From Pseudomonadota bacterium (GTDB lineage Archaea; Thermoplasmatota; SW-10-69-26; JACQPN01; JAJPHT01), in the NCBI GenBank assembly GCA_021325135.1, contig JAJPHT010000002.1, forward strand, positions 1-23,716: a stretch of DNA of 23,716 nucleotides. The letters run 5' to 3'. Of this stretch, positions 1 to 8,236 are shown piece by piece. The number at the start of each line of letters is the position of its first letter. The first letter of the stretch is position 1. Made by a program: the position numbers and the translations under genes. Below the pieces are notes generated by a model. It saw nothing but the letters and a program-made list of their open reading frames with translations, searched no databases and had not been told where the DNA came from.

Positions 1-465
1 GAGACCATGACGTACTCCAAGCCCCTCTTCGCCCCCGTGACCAACGACCGCGAGTCCGCCGGCTGCTGCTTCTACTACAACAACGCCGGCCAGGGCTTCT
101 ACTACTACGGCACCCCGCCCCAGGGCGTCAACCCCCAGGACATCAGCCTCAACGGCATCCTGAACGCCCTCCAGGGCAACAGCGTCGTGAGCGTGGGCAA
201 CAACGGCGCCGGCGTGACGCCCCTGTGCAACAGCGGCCTGCCCGCGACGCAGCCCCAGACCTTCGGCCTGCCCGTCGGCGTGACCGGCGTCCAGGGGACG
301 GTCACGGGCCGCGGCTGCGCGTTCGTCTCCGCGGATGGCGACCTGGGCGCCTCCGTCGCGGGGCAGCAGGTGGCCCTCCCCGCCAGCACGACGATCCAGT
401 CGGTCGCGGTGTGCCTCGCGCGCCCCGTGCCGGTGTGCATCGCCGGCGCGGTGTGCACGGGCTGA
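1..465 (+). CDS. Hypothetical Cys/Gly/Val-rich protein, probably extracellular; likely 5'-truncated by the window edge
   Basis: Frame open from base 1 (GAG ACC ATG...), strong GC3 bias, ends TGA at 463-465. Almost no charged residues and several Cys (GCCFYY, CLARPVPVCIAGAVC). Confidence 0.75.
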   Translation, partial: ETMTYSKPLFAPVTNDRESAGCCFYYNNAGQGFYYYGTPPQGVNPQDISLNGILNALQGNSVVSVGNNGAGVTPLCNSGLPATQPQTFGLPVGVTGVQGTVTGRGCAFVSADGDLGASVAGQQVALPASTTIQSVAVCLARPVPVCIAGAVCTG

Positions 466-471
466 TCGGGC

Positions 472-1227
472 CTACTTGCCGCGCCCGAAGCCGAACCTCT
501 TCTTCGCCGGCTTCTCGTCGGCGGGCTCGGCGGCCGTCTCCTTCTTGCCGAAGGGCAGGCGCCTCTTCGGGGCCTCCTCCTTGGGGGCCTCGGCGGGAGC
601 GGCCGGCGCCGCCGGCTCCTCCTTCTTCTTGCCGAAGGAGAAGCGCCCCTTCTTCGCGGGCTCCGCGGGGGCGGCCGGCGCGGCGGCGACGGTCGCGGGC
701 GCCGCGGGCTCCGGGGGAAGCTCGGGCGCGGGCAGGTCGTCCACGCGGCTCTCGATGTCGTCGGCGGGGCGCGCGACGCCCTCCTGGATGACGTAGAGGC
801 GACGCGCGCGGACGCCCCCGGACTCGGTGACGGCCTCCACCACGTCGCCGCGGCCCGCGCGGTACACCACGTCCACCGAGACCAGCGTCCCCTCGACCAC
901 GGGCTCCAGCGCGGCGCGGTGGTCGTCCCGGACGTGGGGCCCGGGCTCCGGCGCGGGCTCCGGGGGAGGAAGGGGGGCCTCCGGCGGGAGGCGGCGCTTG
1001 ACCTCCAGCGCGTCCACCGCGTCGCGGACCTCCTCGATGCCCATGGCGTGGCGCGGCTGGAAGTGGCGCTCGGCGAAGCGGACCTCGTGGCCTTCGCCCA
1101 TGGGCTCGGACTCCTGGGCGAGCTTGCGCTCGCGGGTGAGGCGGTCCTGGTCGAGGAGGGTCAGCGTCTCGTGGGTCTCCTCGACGATCTGCGTGCGCGG
1201 CTTCTCGGGGGCGGGCTCGGGGCTCAG
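472..1227 (-). CDS. Hypothetical protein with Pro/Ala/Glu-rich linker and C-terminal basic/FG repeats; probable CTG start
   Basis: The listed ORF 472..1101 stays open upstream with coding-like codons (SPEPAPEKPRTQIVEETHETLTLLDQDRLTRERKLAQESEP) to CTG at 1227. A GGAGG lies 7 nt upstream and the CTG overlaps the previous stop as CTGA. Confidence 0.75.
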   Translation of the reverse strand: MSPEPAPEKPRTQIVEETHETLTLLDQDRLTRERKLAQESEPMGEGHEVRFAERHFQPRHAMGIEEVRDAVDALEVKRRLPPEAPLPPPEPAPEPGPHVRDDHRAALEPVVEGTLVSVDVVYRAGRGDVVEAVTESGGVRARRLYVIQEGVARPADDIESRVDDLPAPELPPEPAAPATVAAAPAAPAEPAKKGRFSFGKKKEEPAAPAAPAEAPKEEAPKRRLPFGKKETAAEPADEKPAKKRFGFGRGK

Positions 1228-1913
1228 GAGGATTCCTCCGGGAACTCGATGGAGAGGGGCAGCGCGGCGCGCTGGATCGTCCCTCCCGACGCCCGCGCGA
1301 CCTGGGCGAGGACCTCGTCCTCCTTGGGCGCGAAGACGACGACGTGGACGGGGATGCCCAGGCGGCCCGCGCGCTGCGCGGCGGCGACGAGGCGGTCAGG
1401 CTCGGAGGGGCCGTCGGTGAGGAGCATCACCGCGTGCGCGCGCAGCGTGGGCTCTGCGGCGAGGCGGCCCAGGAGCGCCTGGAGCGCCGTCGCGGCGCGG
1501 GCCTTCCCCTTGGGGGCGGGCAGGTCGGAGGGGGGCGCGGCCTCGGCCAGCGACGCGCCGAAGGGATGCACGTGGATGGAGGCGACGCGCGCGGGCTTGG
1601 CCGCGAGGAAGGCCTCCAGCGCGGCGCGGGCGGCCTGGGCCCGCGTGTGCTCGGCGCTCCAGCGCTCGGCCATGCTGGCGCCGCAGTCCACCAGCACGCT
1701 CAGGTCGACGCGCGCGCCAGGCGGGGGCGGGTTCCGCGGGACGACCTCGATGGAGGGCGCCGGCGAGGGCTCGACGCGCACCACCAGAAGCTCGCCCACG
1801 ACGTCGCCCACCTCGACGGCGGGGAGCGCGTCGGGGAGCGCCCGCGCGGCGTCAAGGAGCCGCTCGTCGGTCCACGACGAGGGCGGAGCGAGGACGACGC
1901 GCTCGGGGGCCAC
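1224..1913 (-). CDS. von Willebrand factor A (vWA) domain protein with a small N-terminal domain
   Basis: VLVDCGASM (degenerate MIDAS DxSxS), VMLLTDG, GIPVHVVVF and LAQVARASGG are typical vWA blocks. Start taken as GTG 1913, about 25 nt below TTTAAG; TTG 1922 is the alternative. Confidence 0.8.
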   Translation of the reverse strand: MAPERVVLAPPSSWTDERLLDAARALPDALPAVEVGDVVGELLVVRVEPSPAPSIEVVPRNPPPPGARVDLSVLVDCGASMAERWSAEHTRAQAARAALEAFLAAKPARVASIHVHPFGASLAEAAPPSDLPAPKGKARAATALQALLGRLAAEPTLRAHAVMLLTDGPSEPDRLVAAAQRAGRLGIPVHVVVFAPKEDEVLAQVARASGGTIQRAALPLSIEFPEESS

Positions 1914-1937
1914 GGGCCGCAAGCCGGGGGGGCCCCC

Positions 1938-2468
1938 TTAAAGCTCACGGGAGCGGACGAGGCGCCAGACGGCGATCTCCTCGAAGAAGAAGCGGGCGGA
2001 GGCGACCTTCTCGTGGCGCAGCCCCGCGGAGGCCACCGCGCGGGCGAGGCGGTCGAGGTCCGCGCGGCTGGAGACGACGAGGTACGCGCGCCCTCCTGGC
2101 GCCAGCACCCGGGGAAGGTCCGCCACGAAGCGCTCGCTCACCTCGACGCCCCCCTCGCCGCCGTGGAAGGCGCGGTCGAGCCAGCCCTCGACGCGCTCCT
2201 CCTCGCTGCTGGGCAGGTAGGGCGCGTTGAAGGCCACCACCTCGAAGGGCCCGCGCAGCGCGCCCAGGAGATCGCCGCGCACGTCCATCGCCGCGCGCGG
2301 ATTGATATCGATGGCCACGACGCGCGCGCCCGCCCTGCGCATGGCGTCCGCCACCGCGCCGCCGCCCGCGCCGACGTCGGCCCACCACGTGCCGGAGGGG
2401 CGCTCCGCGGCGAGCGCGCCGATGAGGAGGTGCGTGTCCTCCGCGGGCTCGTAGACGTCGTCCCTCAT
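1938..2468 (-). CDS. HemK2/PrmC-like (release factor glutamine) SAM-dependent methyltransferase
   Basis: VYEPAEDTHLL N-terminus, DVGAGGG motif I, IDINP, FNAPYLP (NPPY variant), GGEGG and FFFEEI. Usual position downstream of rsmA. Confidence 0.9.
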   Translation of the reverse strand: MRDDVYEPAEDTHLLIGALAAERPSGTWWADVGAGGGAVADAMRRAGARVVAIDINPRAAMDVRGDLLGALRGPFEVVAFNAPYLPSSEEERVEGWLDRAFHGGEGGVEVSERFVADLPRVLAPGGRAYLVVSSRADLDRLARAVASAGLRHEKVASARFFFEEIAVWRLVRSREL

Positions 2469-2565
2469 GCGCGGCGCGCGAAGCGGCCCTCGGCTCATAG
2501 CGCCTTGCCTGCGCGCGGAGAACGCTTATGGGCGCGCGGCCCGTGGTCCGCGCGGAGGCAAATCC

Positions 2566-2820
2566 ATGAACCGATCCCCCTTCGTCGCGCTGGCGCTCCT
2601 GGCCGCCGCGCTCATTGGCCCTGCGCCCTCGGCCGACGCCACCTGCGTCACCGCCACCATCCAGGAGGGCCCCATCCACCTCGCGGACGCGCAGGCCGGC
2701 GACGGCTGCCAGCCGTGGGTCGTCGTCTACTTCTGCCAGGTCCGCTACTTCGGCGGCTCGCCGCCCCTGGAATGGACGTGCGCGCCGCTCCTGGAAGGCC
2801 CCGTCACGGGCCTGCCCTGA
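2566..2820 (+). CDS. Small secreted protein (84 aa, 4 Cys)
   Basis: GGAGG at 2554-2558 before ATG 2566. Signal peptide MNRSPFVALALLAAALIGPAPSADA with an A-D-A cleavage site. Promoter-like AGAACGCTTATG near 2519-2530. Confidence 0.75.
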   Translation: MNRSPFVALALLAAALIGPAPSADATCVTATIQEGPIHLADAQAGDGCQPWVVVYFCQVRYFGGSPPLEWTCAPLLEGPVTGLP

Positions 2821-3517
2821 GGTGCTCCGCGACGCGGGCGAAGTCCTCGGGGGAGAGCTCCCCCGCGCGCTTCTCCGCGAAGGGCACGCCCTTGGCGCCC
2901 AGCGCGTTGGCGATCTTCTTGCGCCGCTGGGCGAAGGCGCGCTCCACCACGGCGTCGTAGTTGGGCGGCACCTCGAAGGCCGGAGGCCGCGGCGTCACCT
3001 TGACCAGCGCGCTCTCCACCTGGGGCGGCGGGTCGAAGGCGCCGGGGGGCACGCGGGCGACGATCTCCACGTCCGCGCGGCGCTGCGCGTTCACGCTGAG
3101 GCGCCCGTAGTCCGCGGTGTCCACCTTCGCCACGAGCCGGTCGGCGAACTCCTTCTGCACGAGGAGGACCGCGACGCGGAACTCCGTCGCGAGCAGCCGG
3201 AAGAGGAACGGGCTGCTGATCTGGTAGGGGAGGTTGCTCACGCACGCGTCGAAGCGCGGCCACTCCACCTGCACCGCGTCGCCGCGCAGCAGGTCCACCT
3301 GCGGCAGGTCGCGGGCGATGCCGTCCGCCAGCGCGGGATCGATCTCGACGGCGACCACCCTCGCGCAGCGAGGGACGAGCCGGCGGGTGAGCACGCCCTT
3401 GCCAGGGCCCACCTCCAGGACGACGTCATCTGGCTTGAGCCCGGCCGCGTCGACGGCGCGCTGCGCGTAGCGCTCGTCGCGCAGGAAGTGCTGGCCCAGG
3501 GGTGGGCGGCGGGGCAC
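2804..3517 (-). CDS. rsmA: 16S rRNA adenine dimethyltransferase (KsgA/Dim1)
   Basis: LGQHFL, VLEVGPGKG, VEID, SNLPYQISS, VQKEFADRL, FDPPPQVES and AFAQRRK motifs. Confidence 0.97.
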   Translation of the reverse strand: MPRRPPLGQHFLRDERYAQRAVDAAGLKPDDVVLEVGPGKGVLTRRLVPRCARVVAVEIDPALADGIARDLPQVDLLRGDAVQVEWPRFDACVSNLPYQISSPFLFRLLATEFRVAVLLVQKEFADRLVAKVDTADYGRLSVNAQRRADVEIVARVPPGAFDPPPQVESALVKVTPRPPAFEVPPNYDAVVERAFAQRRKKIANALGAKGVPFAEKRAGELSPEDFARVAEHLRAGP

Positions 3518-3560
3518 GCGGCCCTATCCTGGGGGCGCCACAAGAGGATTGGCCTTTGCG

Positions 3561-3794
3561 TCAAGGCGCGCGGCGCCTGCGCATCCACCCGACGTACACG
3601 CCTGAGCCCATGCAGACGAGGATCGAGATCGTTCCGCCAAGGGCCGTGCCGTAGCGCGAGAACCCTGGCGCGGCCCCGCTGTAGCCGTAGTACGCGAAGA
3701 ACGTGAAGCCGCCAAGGCCCGCGATGCAGAGGAGCGTCGGGATCAGAGGCCACGGGCCGCGGGCGCCCCCGCTCCCCTCGCGGAGCATCGACAT
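3561..3794 (-). CDS. Small 2-TM membrane protein (77 aa)
   Basis: GGTGA SD (3802-3806) upstream of ATG 3794. Two hydrophobic segments and a basic RRRR tail; fills the DUF655-rsmA gap. Confidence 0.65.
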   Translation of the reverse strand: MSMLREGSGGARGPWPLIPTLLCIAGLGGFTFFAYYGYSGAAPGFSRYGTALGGTISILVCMGSGVYVGWMRRRRAP

Positions 3795-3801
3795 GGCGCG
3801 C

Positions 3802-4407
3802 TCACCGCATGCCGCCGCGCGGGGGCCCGCGCCGTCCGCCGAAGTCGTCCCCTTCGGGCGCCGGAGGCAGCACGAAGAGGTGGTACTTCTCGCCCGGGTT
3901 CTGGATCTCCGAGACGATGCGGTTGGCGATGAGCTTCTCGGGCTGGTGGAGCGCCTTGACGCGGCCGTCGATGTCGCGGAACGACTTGAAGGGGCCGTTG
4001 CGCTTCTTGTCGTCCAGGATGGCCAGCATGAGCTTCTTGCCCAGGCCGGGGAGGAGCTCAAGCTGGTGCATGCGCAGGGAGACGGGGCCCGCGTTGTTGT
4101 AGAACGTGACGAAGCGCTCCTCCTGCGCCTTCACCATCTGCTCGATGACGAAGGGGAGCTCGGACTGCGCCGCGTGGGTCATCGCCTCGTAGGGGACGCG
4201 GCCGCGCACGTGGTCGATGGGGCTCGCCGGGTCCTCCTTGAGTACGCCGACGCGGTCGCCCACGAGGAGCGTGACGTTGGGCTTGGGCGCAAGCTCCAGC
4301 GTGACGAAGTTGCGCTCGCCCACGCCGTATGCGACGGGGTCCTTGCGGCGCGCGTCGTCGGGCCTGCCCTTGGGCAGGTAGTCCAGGATGTAGACGTGGT
4401 CCTCCAT
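3802..4407 (-). CDS. DUF655 family RNA-binding (HhH) protein
   Basis: YILDYLPKG, GERNFVTLEL, FYNNAGPVSLRMHQLELLPGLGKK and GPFKSFRDI; conserved position after rpoF. Confidence 0.95.
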   Translation of the reverse strand: MEDHVYILDYLPKGRPDDARRKDPVAYGVGERNFVTLELAPKPNVTLLVGDRVGVLKEDPASPIDHVRGRVPYEAMTHAAQSELPFVIEQMVKAQEERFVTFYNNAGPVSLRMHQLELLPGLGKKLMLAILDDKKRNGPFKSFRDIDGRVKALHQPEKLIANRIVSEIQNPGEKYHLFVLPPAPEGDDFGGRRGPPRGGMR

Positions 4408-4426
4408 CGGTTCCCCTCCGTGGAGA

Positions 4427-4783
4427 CTAGGTGGACTCCCGGACGGTGTCGAGGATCTTCGCGATCTCGGCGTCGTCGGGCACGCTGCGGTCGCGCGCGA
4501 AGATGGCCTTCACGTCGTCCGCGTGGGTGGGCATGATGTCCGCGATGCGGTACGCGAAGTACTCCGTCATGCGGCCGCCCAGCTTGAGGAGGCGCTGCGC
4601 CAGCTCCTCCGAGCGCTTGGCGTCCATCTTGGTGAAGAGCTTCGCGTGCTCGAGGGCGAGGTTCTGCTCGTAGGACAGCTCGGTCCGCGAGGTCTGCTCG
4701 CGCTCCAGGAGGTCGCGGACCTCGCTGATGGTCACGAGGCGCGCGGGCTGCGCTGCGGCTTCCTGCGGCTTCTCGACGGCCAT
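4427..4783 (-). CDS. rpoF: DNA-directed RNA polymerase subunit F (Rpo4)
   Basis: VTISEVRDLL...ELSYEQNLALEHAKLF...IADIMP...DVKAIFA; synteny rpl21e-rpoF-DUF655. Confidence 0.95.
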   Translation of the reverse strand: MAVEKPQEAAAQPARLVTISEVRDLLEREQTSRTELSYEQNLALEHAKLFTKMDAKRSEELAQRLLKLGGRMTEYFAYRIADIMPTHADDVKAIFARDRSVPDDAEIAKILDTVREST

Positions 4784-4790
4784 GGTCGCT

Positions 4791-5102
4791 TCACTCCTGC
4801 GTGGGGGCGGGCGTGATGAGGCGGAGATGCTCGGGGCGGGAGATGATCTGCTTCGTCTTGTTCCCGGCCTTGACCTCGATGATGAACGCGGCGCCGCGGC
4901 GCTCGACGACGTTGCCCGTGAGCCCCTGGAAGCGGGGGTGGGGCATGCCGTTCTGGACGGACGGGTTCACCGTGATGGCCACCTTCGAGCCCGGGGGGTA
5001 GTCGCGCAGCGAGTGGCTGGGCGGGGGGTTGCCGCGGGTGCGAGGGTGCTTGGCGAGCTTGTGGCGGGTCTTCGAGCGGAAGCCCTTGGAGCGGACGACC
5101 AT
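4791..5102 (-). CDS. rpl21e: 50S ribosomal protein L21e
   Basis: SKGFRSKTRHKL, PSVQNGMPHPRFQGLTG and KQIISRPEHL motifs; GGAGG SD at 5111-5115. Confidence 0.97.
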   Translation of the reverse strand: MVVRSKGFRSKTRHKLAKHPRTRGNPPPSHSLRDYPPGSKVAITVNPSVQNGMPHPRFQGLTGNVVERRGAAFIIEVKAGNKTKQIISRPEHLRLITPAPTQE

Positions 5103-5172
5103 GTCTGTTTCCTCCGTTTGTCGCTACAGTGGGGGAGCGTGGACTCGCCTGAGCAGGTCCAGCGTGCGAGGC

Positions 5173-5202
5173 ACGCCAGTCCCCATATAAATAGGCTGGC
5201 GT
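5173..5202 (-). promoter_or_regulatory. TATA box of the rpl21e operon flanked by a 7-bp inverted repeat
   Basis: TATTTATA on the minus strand (5186-5193) lies between ACGCCAG (5173-5179) and CTGGCGT (5196-5202). Confidence 0.7.
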
Positions 5203-5251
5203 CGAAACGCTTTTGGCGCGGGGAGTGCGCTGTGGCGAGCGGAGGCTTCGC

Positions 5252-5500
5252 ATGCGTGCATCAGCGTTCTTCTTGATCGGCTTCCTCGTCGCAGCCTGGG
5301 CCGTGGTCGCCACCCCCGCAGGCAGCGCCGAGGTGATCCCCTCCTGCGTCCACGAGGACCCGGGCATCCTTTTCGTCGTCCACCAGTGCCAGGCCCTCGT
5401 GTGCGACACCGGCTGGCCCTGCGAGGACGGGCAATGGTACCTCTGCACCGTGGAGAACCTCTGCGTCTATTGCCCCAACGAGGTCTGCGGCATCTCCTGA
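5252..5500 (+). CDS. Small secreted 8-Cys protein (82 aa)
   Basis: GGAGG at 5241-5245, ATG 5252. Hydrophobic signal peptide ending AGSA, followed by a ~56-aa mature part with 8 Cys. Promoter-like CGAAACGCTTTT at 5203-5214. Confidence 0.75.
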   Translation: MRASAFFLIGFLVAAWAVVATPAGSAEVIPSCVHEDPGILFVVHQCQALVCDTGWPCEDGQWYLCTVENLCVYCPNEVCGIS

Positions 5501-5576
5501 GCCGGGCGCCCCGAGAGCCTGCCCGCCGACACCCATTTCCCCCACGGGACGCCAGGGAGGAAGGAAGGACCAGACC

Positions 5577-6935
5577 TTGGGGGATCGCCGCTTCGATGTC
5601 CTGTACTCCCGCATCCGGGATGCCCCCGACCGGACGGCGGAGCTGGAGCGCCTCTCGGACGAAGAGGTGATCGCCGCCCTGGCGGCGGCCTCGCGGGCGG
5701 CCGATCCCCTGCTGGCCAACGTCCTGGCCACCGAGGCCCAGAACCGCACGTTCCGGGCGACCGCCATCACGAGCAACCTCGGGGAGGGCGTCGCGGTGCT
5801 CGACCGGGCCTGGCGGGTCCTGCTTCTCAACCCCGCCGCGGAGAAGATGCTGGGCCTCACGGCCCCCGTCGCCCTGGGGCGGGAGTGGCACGACCTCGTG
5901 CATCCCTTCTGCACGATGCTGGCGTGCCCCATGCGCAGGCTGCCGGGGCTGGGGGAGTTCCACCAGGACGACGACGCGCTGCTCATGCGCAGGGAGGGGC
6001 GCACGATCCCCGTGGCCATCACCGTAACACCCCTGGTGCGCAACGGCGCCGTGGAGGGGGGCGTCATCGTCATCCGCGACATCCGCGAGCGCAAGCAGCT
6101 GGAGGACGAGTCCCGCGAGAAGGAGGAGCGCCTGGAGCGCATCCTGGGCACGGTCGCGGAGGGAATCCTCATCATGGACCTCCAGGGGCGCATCACCTAC
6201 GCGAACGCCGCCGCCGAGCGCATCCTCGGACGCGGGCCGCGGGACCTCATGCAGCGCACCTACTACGATCCGGTGTGGAACTTCACGACGGCCGAAGGCA
6301 GCCCGCTGCCCGTGACGGACCTCCCCTTCCGCCGGTCGCTCCTCTCGGGCCAGCCCCACGCCGACCAGGAGATCGGTGTGGAGCGCCAGGACGGGGTGCG
6401 CATCGTCATCAACGTGAACACCGTGCCGCTCCTGACGCCCACCCGGAGCGTGAGCGGGCTCATCGTCTCCTTCGCCGACATCACCGACAAGAAGGGGTTC
6501 ATCCGCCAGCGCGAGGCGGCCGAGGCCAAGTTCCGCGCGCTCCTGGAGTCCGCGCCCGACGCCATGGTGATCGTGAACAGCCGCGGCGAGATCGTCCTCG
6601 TCAACAAGCGCACCGAGGAGCTTTTCGGGCACGCGCGCGAGGACATCCTGGGCAAGTCCGTGGAGGTGCTCATCCCGCATCGCTACGCAGAGCGCCACGC
6701 GGAGCACCGCACGGACTTCTTCACCTTGCCCAAGGCGCGCCCCATGGGCGTGGGCCTGGACCTCCACGGCCTCCGGAAGGACGGCACCGAGTTCCCAGTG
6801 GAGATCAGCCTCAGCCCCATCCAGACGCCGGAGGGGACGCTGGTCGCGAGCGCCATCCGCGACGTCTCGGGGCGGGAGACGGCGAGGCCCGCGCCGCGGG
6901 CCATCCTCGTGGACGATCCGCGCCGGTCGGCCTAG
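5577..6935 (+). CDS. Multi-PAS domain protein without an output domain
   Basis: Three PAS/PAC repeats (GEGVAVLD..LNPAAEKMLG; AEGILIMD..YANAAAERILG; APDAMVIVN..VNKRTEELFG...RKDGTEFPVEISLSP..IRDVS). TTG start after a GGAGG; stop about 20 aa after the last PAC. Confidence 0.92.
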   Translation: MGDRRFDVLYSRIRDAPDRTAELERLSDEEVIAALAAASRAADPLLANVLATEAQNRTFRATAITSNLGEGVAVLDRAWRVLLLNPAAEKMLGLTAPVALGREWHDLVHPFCTMLACPMRRLPGLGEFHQDDDALLMRREGRTIPVAITVTPLVRNGAVEGGVIVIRDIRERKQLEDESREKEERLERILGTVAEGILIMDLQGRITYANAAAERILGRGPRDLMQRTYYDPVWNFTTAEGSPLPVTDLPFRRSLLSGQPHADQEIGVERQDGVRIVINVNTVPLLTPTRSVSGLIVSFADITDKKGFIRQREAAEAKFRALLESAPDAMVIVNSRGEIVLVNKRTEELFGHAREDILGKSVEVLIPHRYAERHAEHRTDFFTLPKARPMGVGLDLHGLRKDGTEFPVEISLSPIQTPEGTLVASAIRDVSGRETARPAPRAILVDDPRRSA

Positions 6936-8191
6936 GACGCGGGGGCCGTCTCGGCGGGGGGCTCGTACTCGACCTCGACGATGTCAAGCTCCGCGACCTT
7001 CGCGCCAACGCCCAGCAGGCCCGAGAGCGAGGGCTCCGTGCGCCCCTCGTCGCCGCTCACCAGCTCCTTGATGTAGAGCCCGGCGTCGCCGCGGATGAGA
7101 AGCGTGGCGCGCTCGCCCTCGTGCTCCTCCACCTGCACGTCGAGCACGCGGCGCTCGCGCACGAGGTCCGCGCGGCGGTGCTCCACGCGCTGGGGAGTCC
7201 GCTGCTGGACCGCCTGCCCGCGGAGCGCGTCGGCCGCCCCGCGCAGCGCCGCGGCAGGGACGGCCGCCTCGAAGCGGACGAGGGCGCGGTACGTCTTGCC
7301 GCCGCGGTGCTCCTTGATGGCGGCGATCTCGGCCTTGGGCGCGAGGCGCAGCTCCGCGACCTCCACGCGCCCGCCGCTCCCCTCCTTCACGAGGGCAGGG
7401 AAGACGGAGAGGTCCAGCGTCCGCACGCGCGGGTCCTTCAGCTCCAGGATGAACGGGCGGCCGGTGCCCAGCGTGCGGGCGTCGATGTCCTCGCGCCCGG
7501 CTCCATGGAACGACTCCTCCGTGGCGCCCGACGCGGCGAGGAAGGGCGCGGCGACGAGCTCCTCGACGCTGGTGGCGTACTGCTTCCCCGTCTCGTGGCA
7601 CTCGACGCACCCTTTTCCCTGGCAGCGGCGGCAGGGCCACCTCGTCTGCGGGATGGTGCGGTCGAGCTTTCGATATCGCCCGAAGACGCAGAGCCCGCCG
7701 TGCTGAAGCTCCGCGTCCAGGAAGCGCGTGTCCACCACGGCGGCGAGGTCGGGCGCCTTGAAGTCCACGGCCTTCCCCGTGCGCGCGGCGACCTTCTTGC
7801 CCGTCTCGCGGTTCAGCTCCGCCTGGATGCGCTCCGCCGTCGCGGCCGTGCCCAGCGCGGCGTTCACCTCCGCGTCGCGCGCCTCGATGGCCGGGTCCAC
7901 CCGCGTCCCCACGAGGAAGTGCCGGTGCTCGTAGGGCGAGAGCGCGTCGATGGCGGCCTGCGCCAGGAGGTCCGTCTCGGCTGCAAGCCCCTGGCACACG
8001 AAGCACGAGGGCGGGCTCACCTGCGGAGCGCCCGCGGCCTCGCGCAGGAGCGCCCCGCGCTGCTCGTTGGTCAGGCCCGTGTCGACCTTGCCGAAGCGGC
8101 GCCCCAGGCACGCGTCGCAGAGCCCGAACTCGGCCTGCGCGCGGCGCGCAGTCTCCACGTTCGCGGCGGCCAGAAGGGGGCGCTCGGTCAT
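6932..8191 (-). CDS. pus10: tRNA pseudouridine(54/55) synthase Pus10
   Basis: LCDACLGR, GRYRKLDRTIPQTRW, FHGAGREDIDARTLGTGRPF, QRTPQRVEHRRAD and GLYIKELVSGDEGRTEPS. Confidence 0.97.
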   Translation of the reverse strand: MTERPLLAAANVETARRAQAEFGLCDACLGRRFGKVDTGLTNEQRGALLREAAGAPQVSPPSCFVCQGLAAETDLLAQAAIDALSPYEHRHFLVGTRVDPAIEARDAEVNAALGTAATAERIQAELNRETGKKVAARTGKAVDFKAPDLAAVVDTRFLDAELQHGGLCVFGRYRKLDRTIPQTRWPCRRCQGKGCVECHETGKQYATSVEELVAAPFLAASGATEESFHGAGREDIDARTLGTGRPFILELKDPRVRTLDLSVFPALVKEGSGGRVEVAELRLAPKAEIAAIKEHRGGKTYRALVRFEAAVPAAALRGAADALRGQAVQQRTPQRVEHRRADLVRERRVLDVQVEEHEGERATLLIRGDAGLYIKELVSGDEGRTEPSLSGLLGVGAKVAELDIVEVEYEPPAETAPAS

Positions 8192-8236
8192 GCTCGGGGG
8201 CGGCGAGGCGGCGCCCCAGCGTAAAGGTTGGCAGGC

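Noticed and set aside
1938-2468. Methyltransferase as a DNA N6-adenine MTase of a restriction-modification system
   Set aside because: The VYEPAEDT N-terminus, small size and position after rsmA identify the HemK2 family; no nuclease is adjacent.
5885-8224. Long alternative-frame ORFs (e.g. 5885-8224, 10467-12386, 1344-2960, 5124-6767, 20518-21885)
   Set aside because: Arg/Gly/Pro-rich shadow ORFs overlapping well-supported genes, as expected where stop codons are scarce at high GC.
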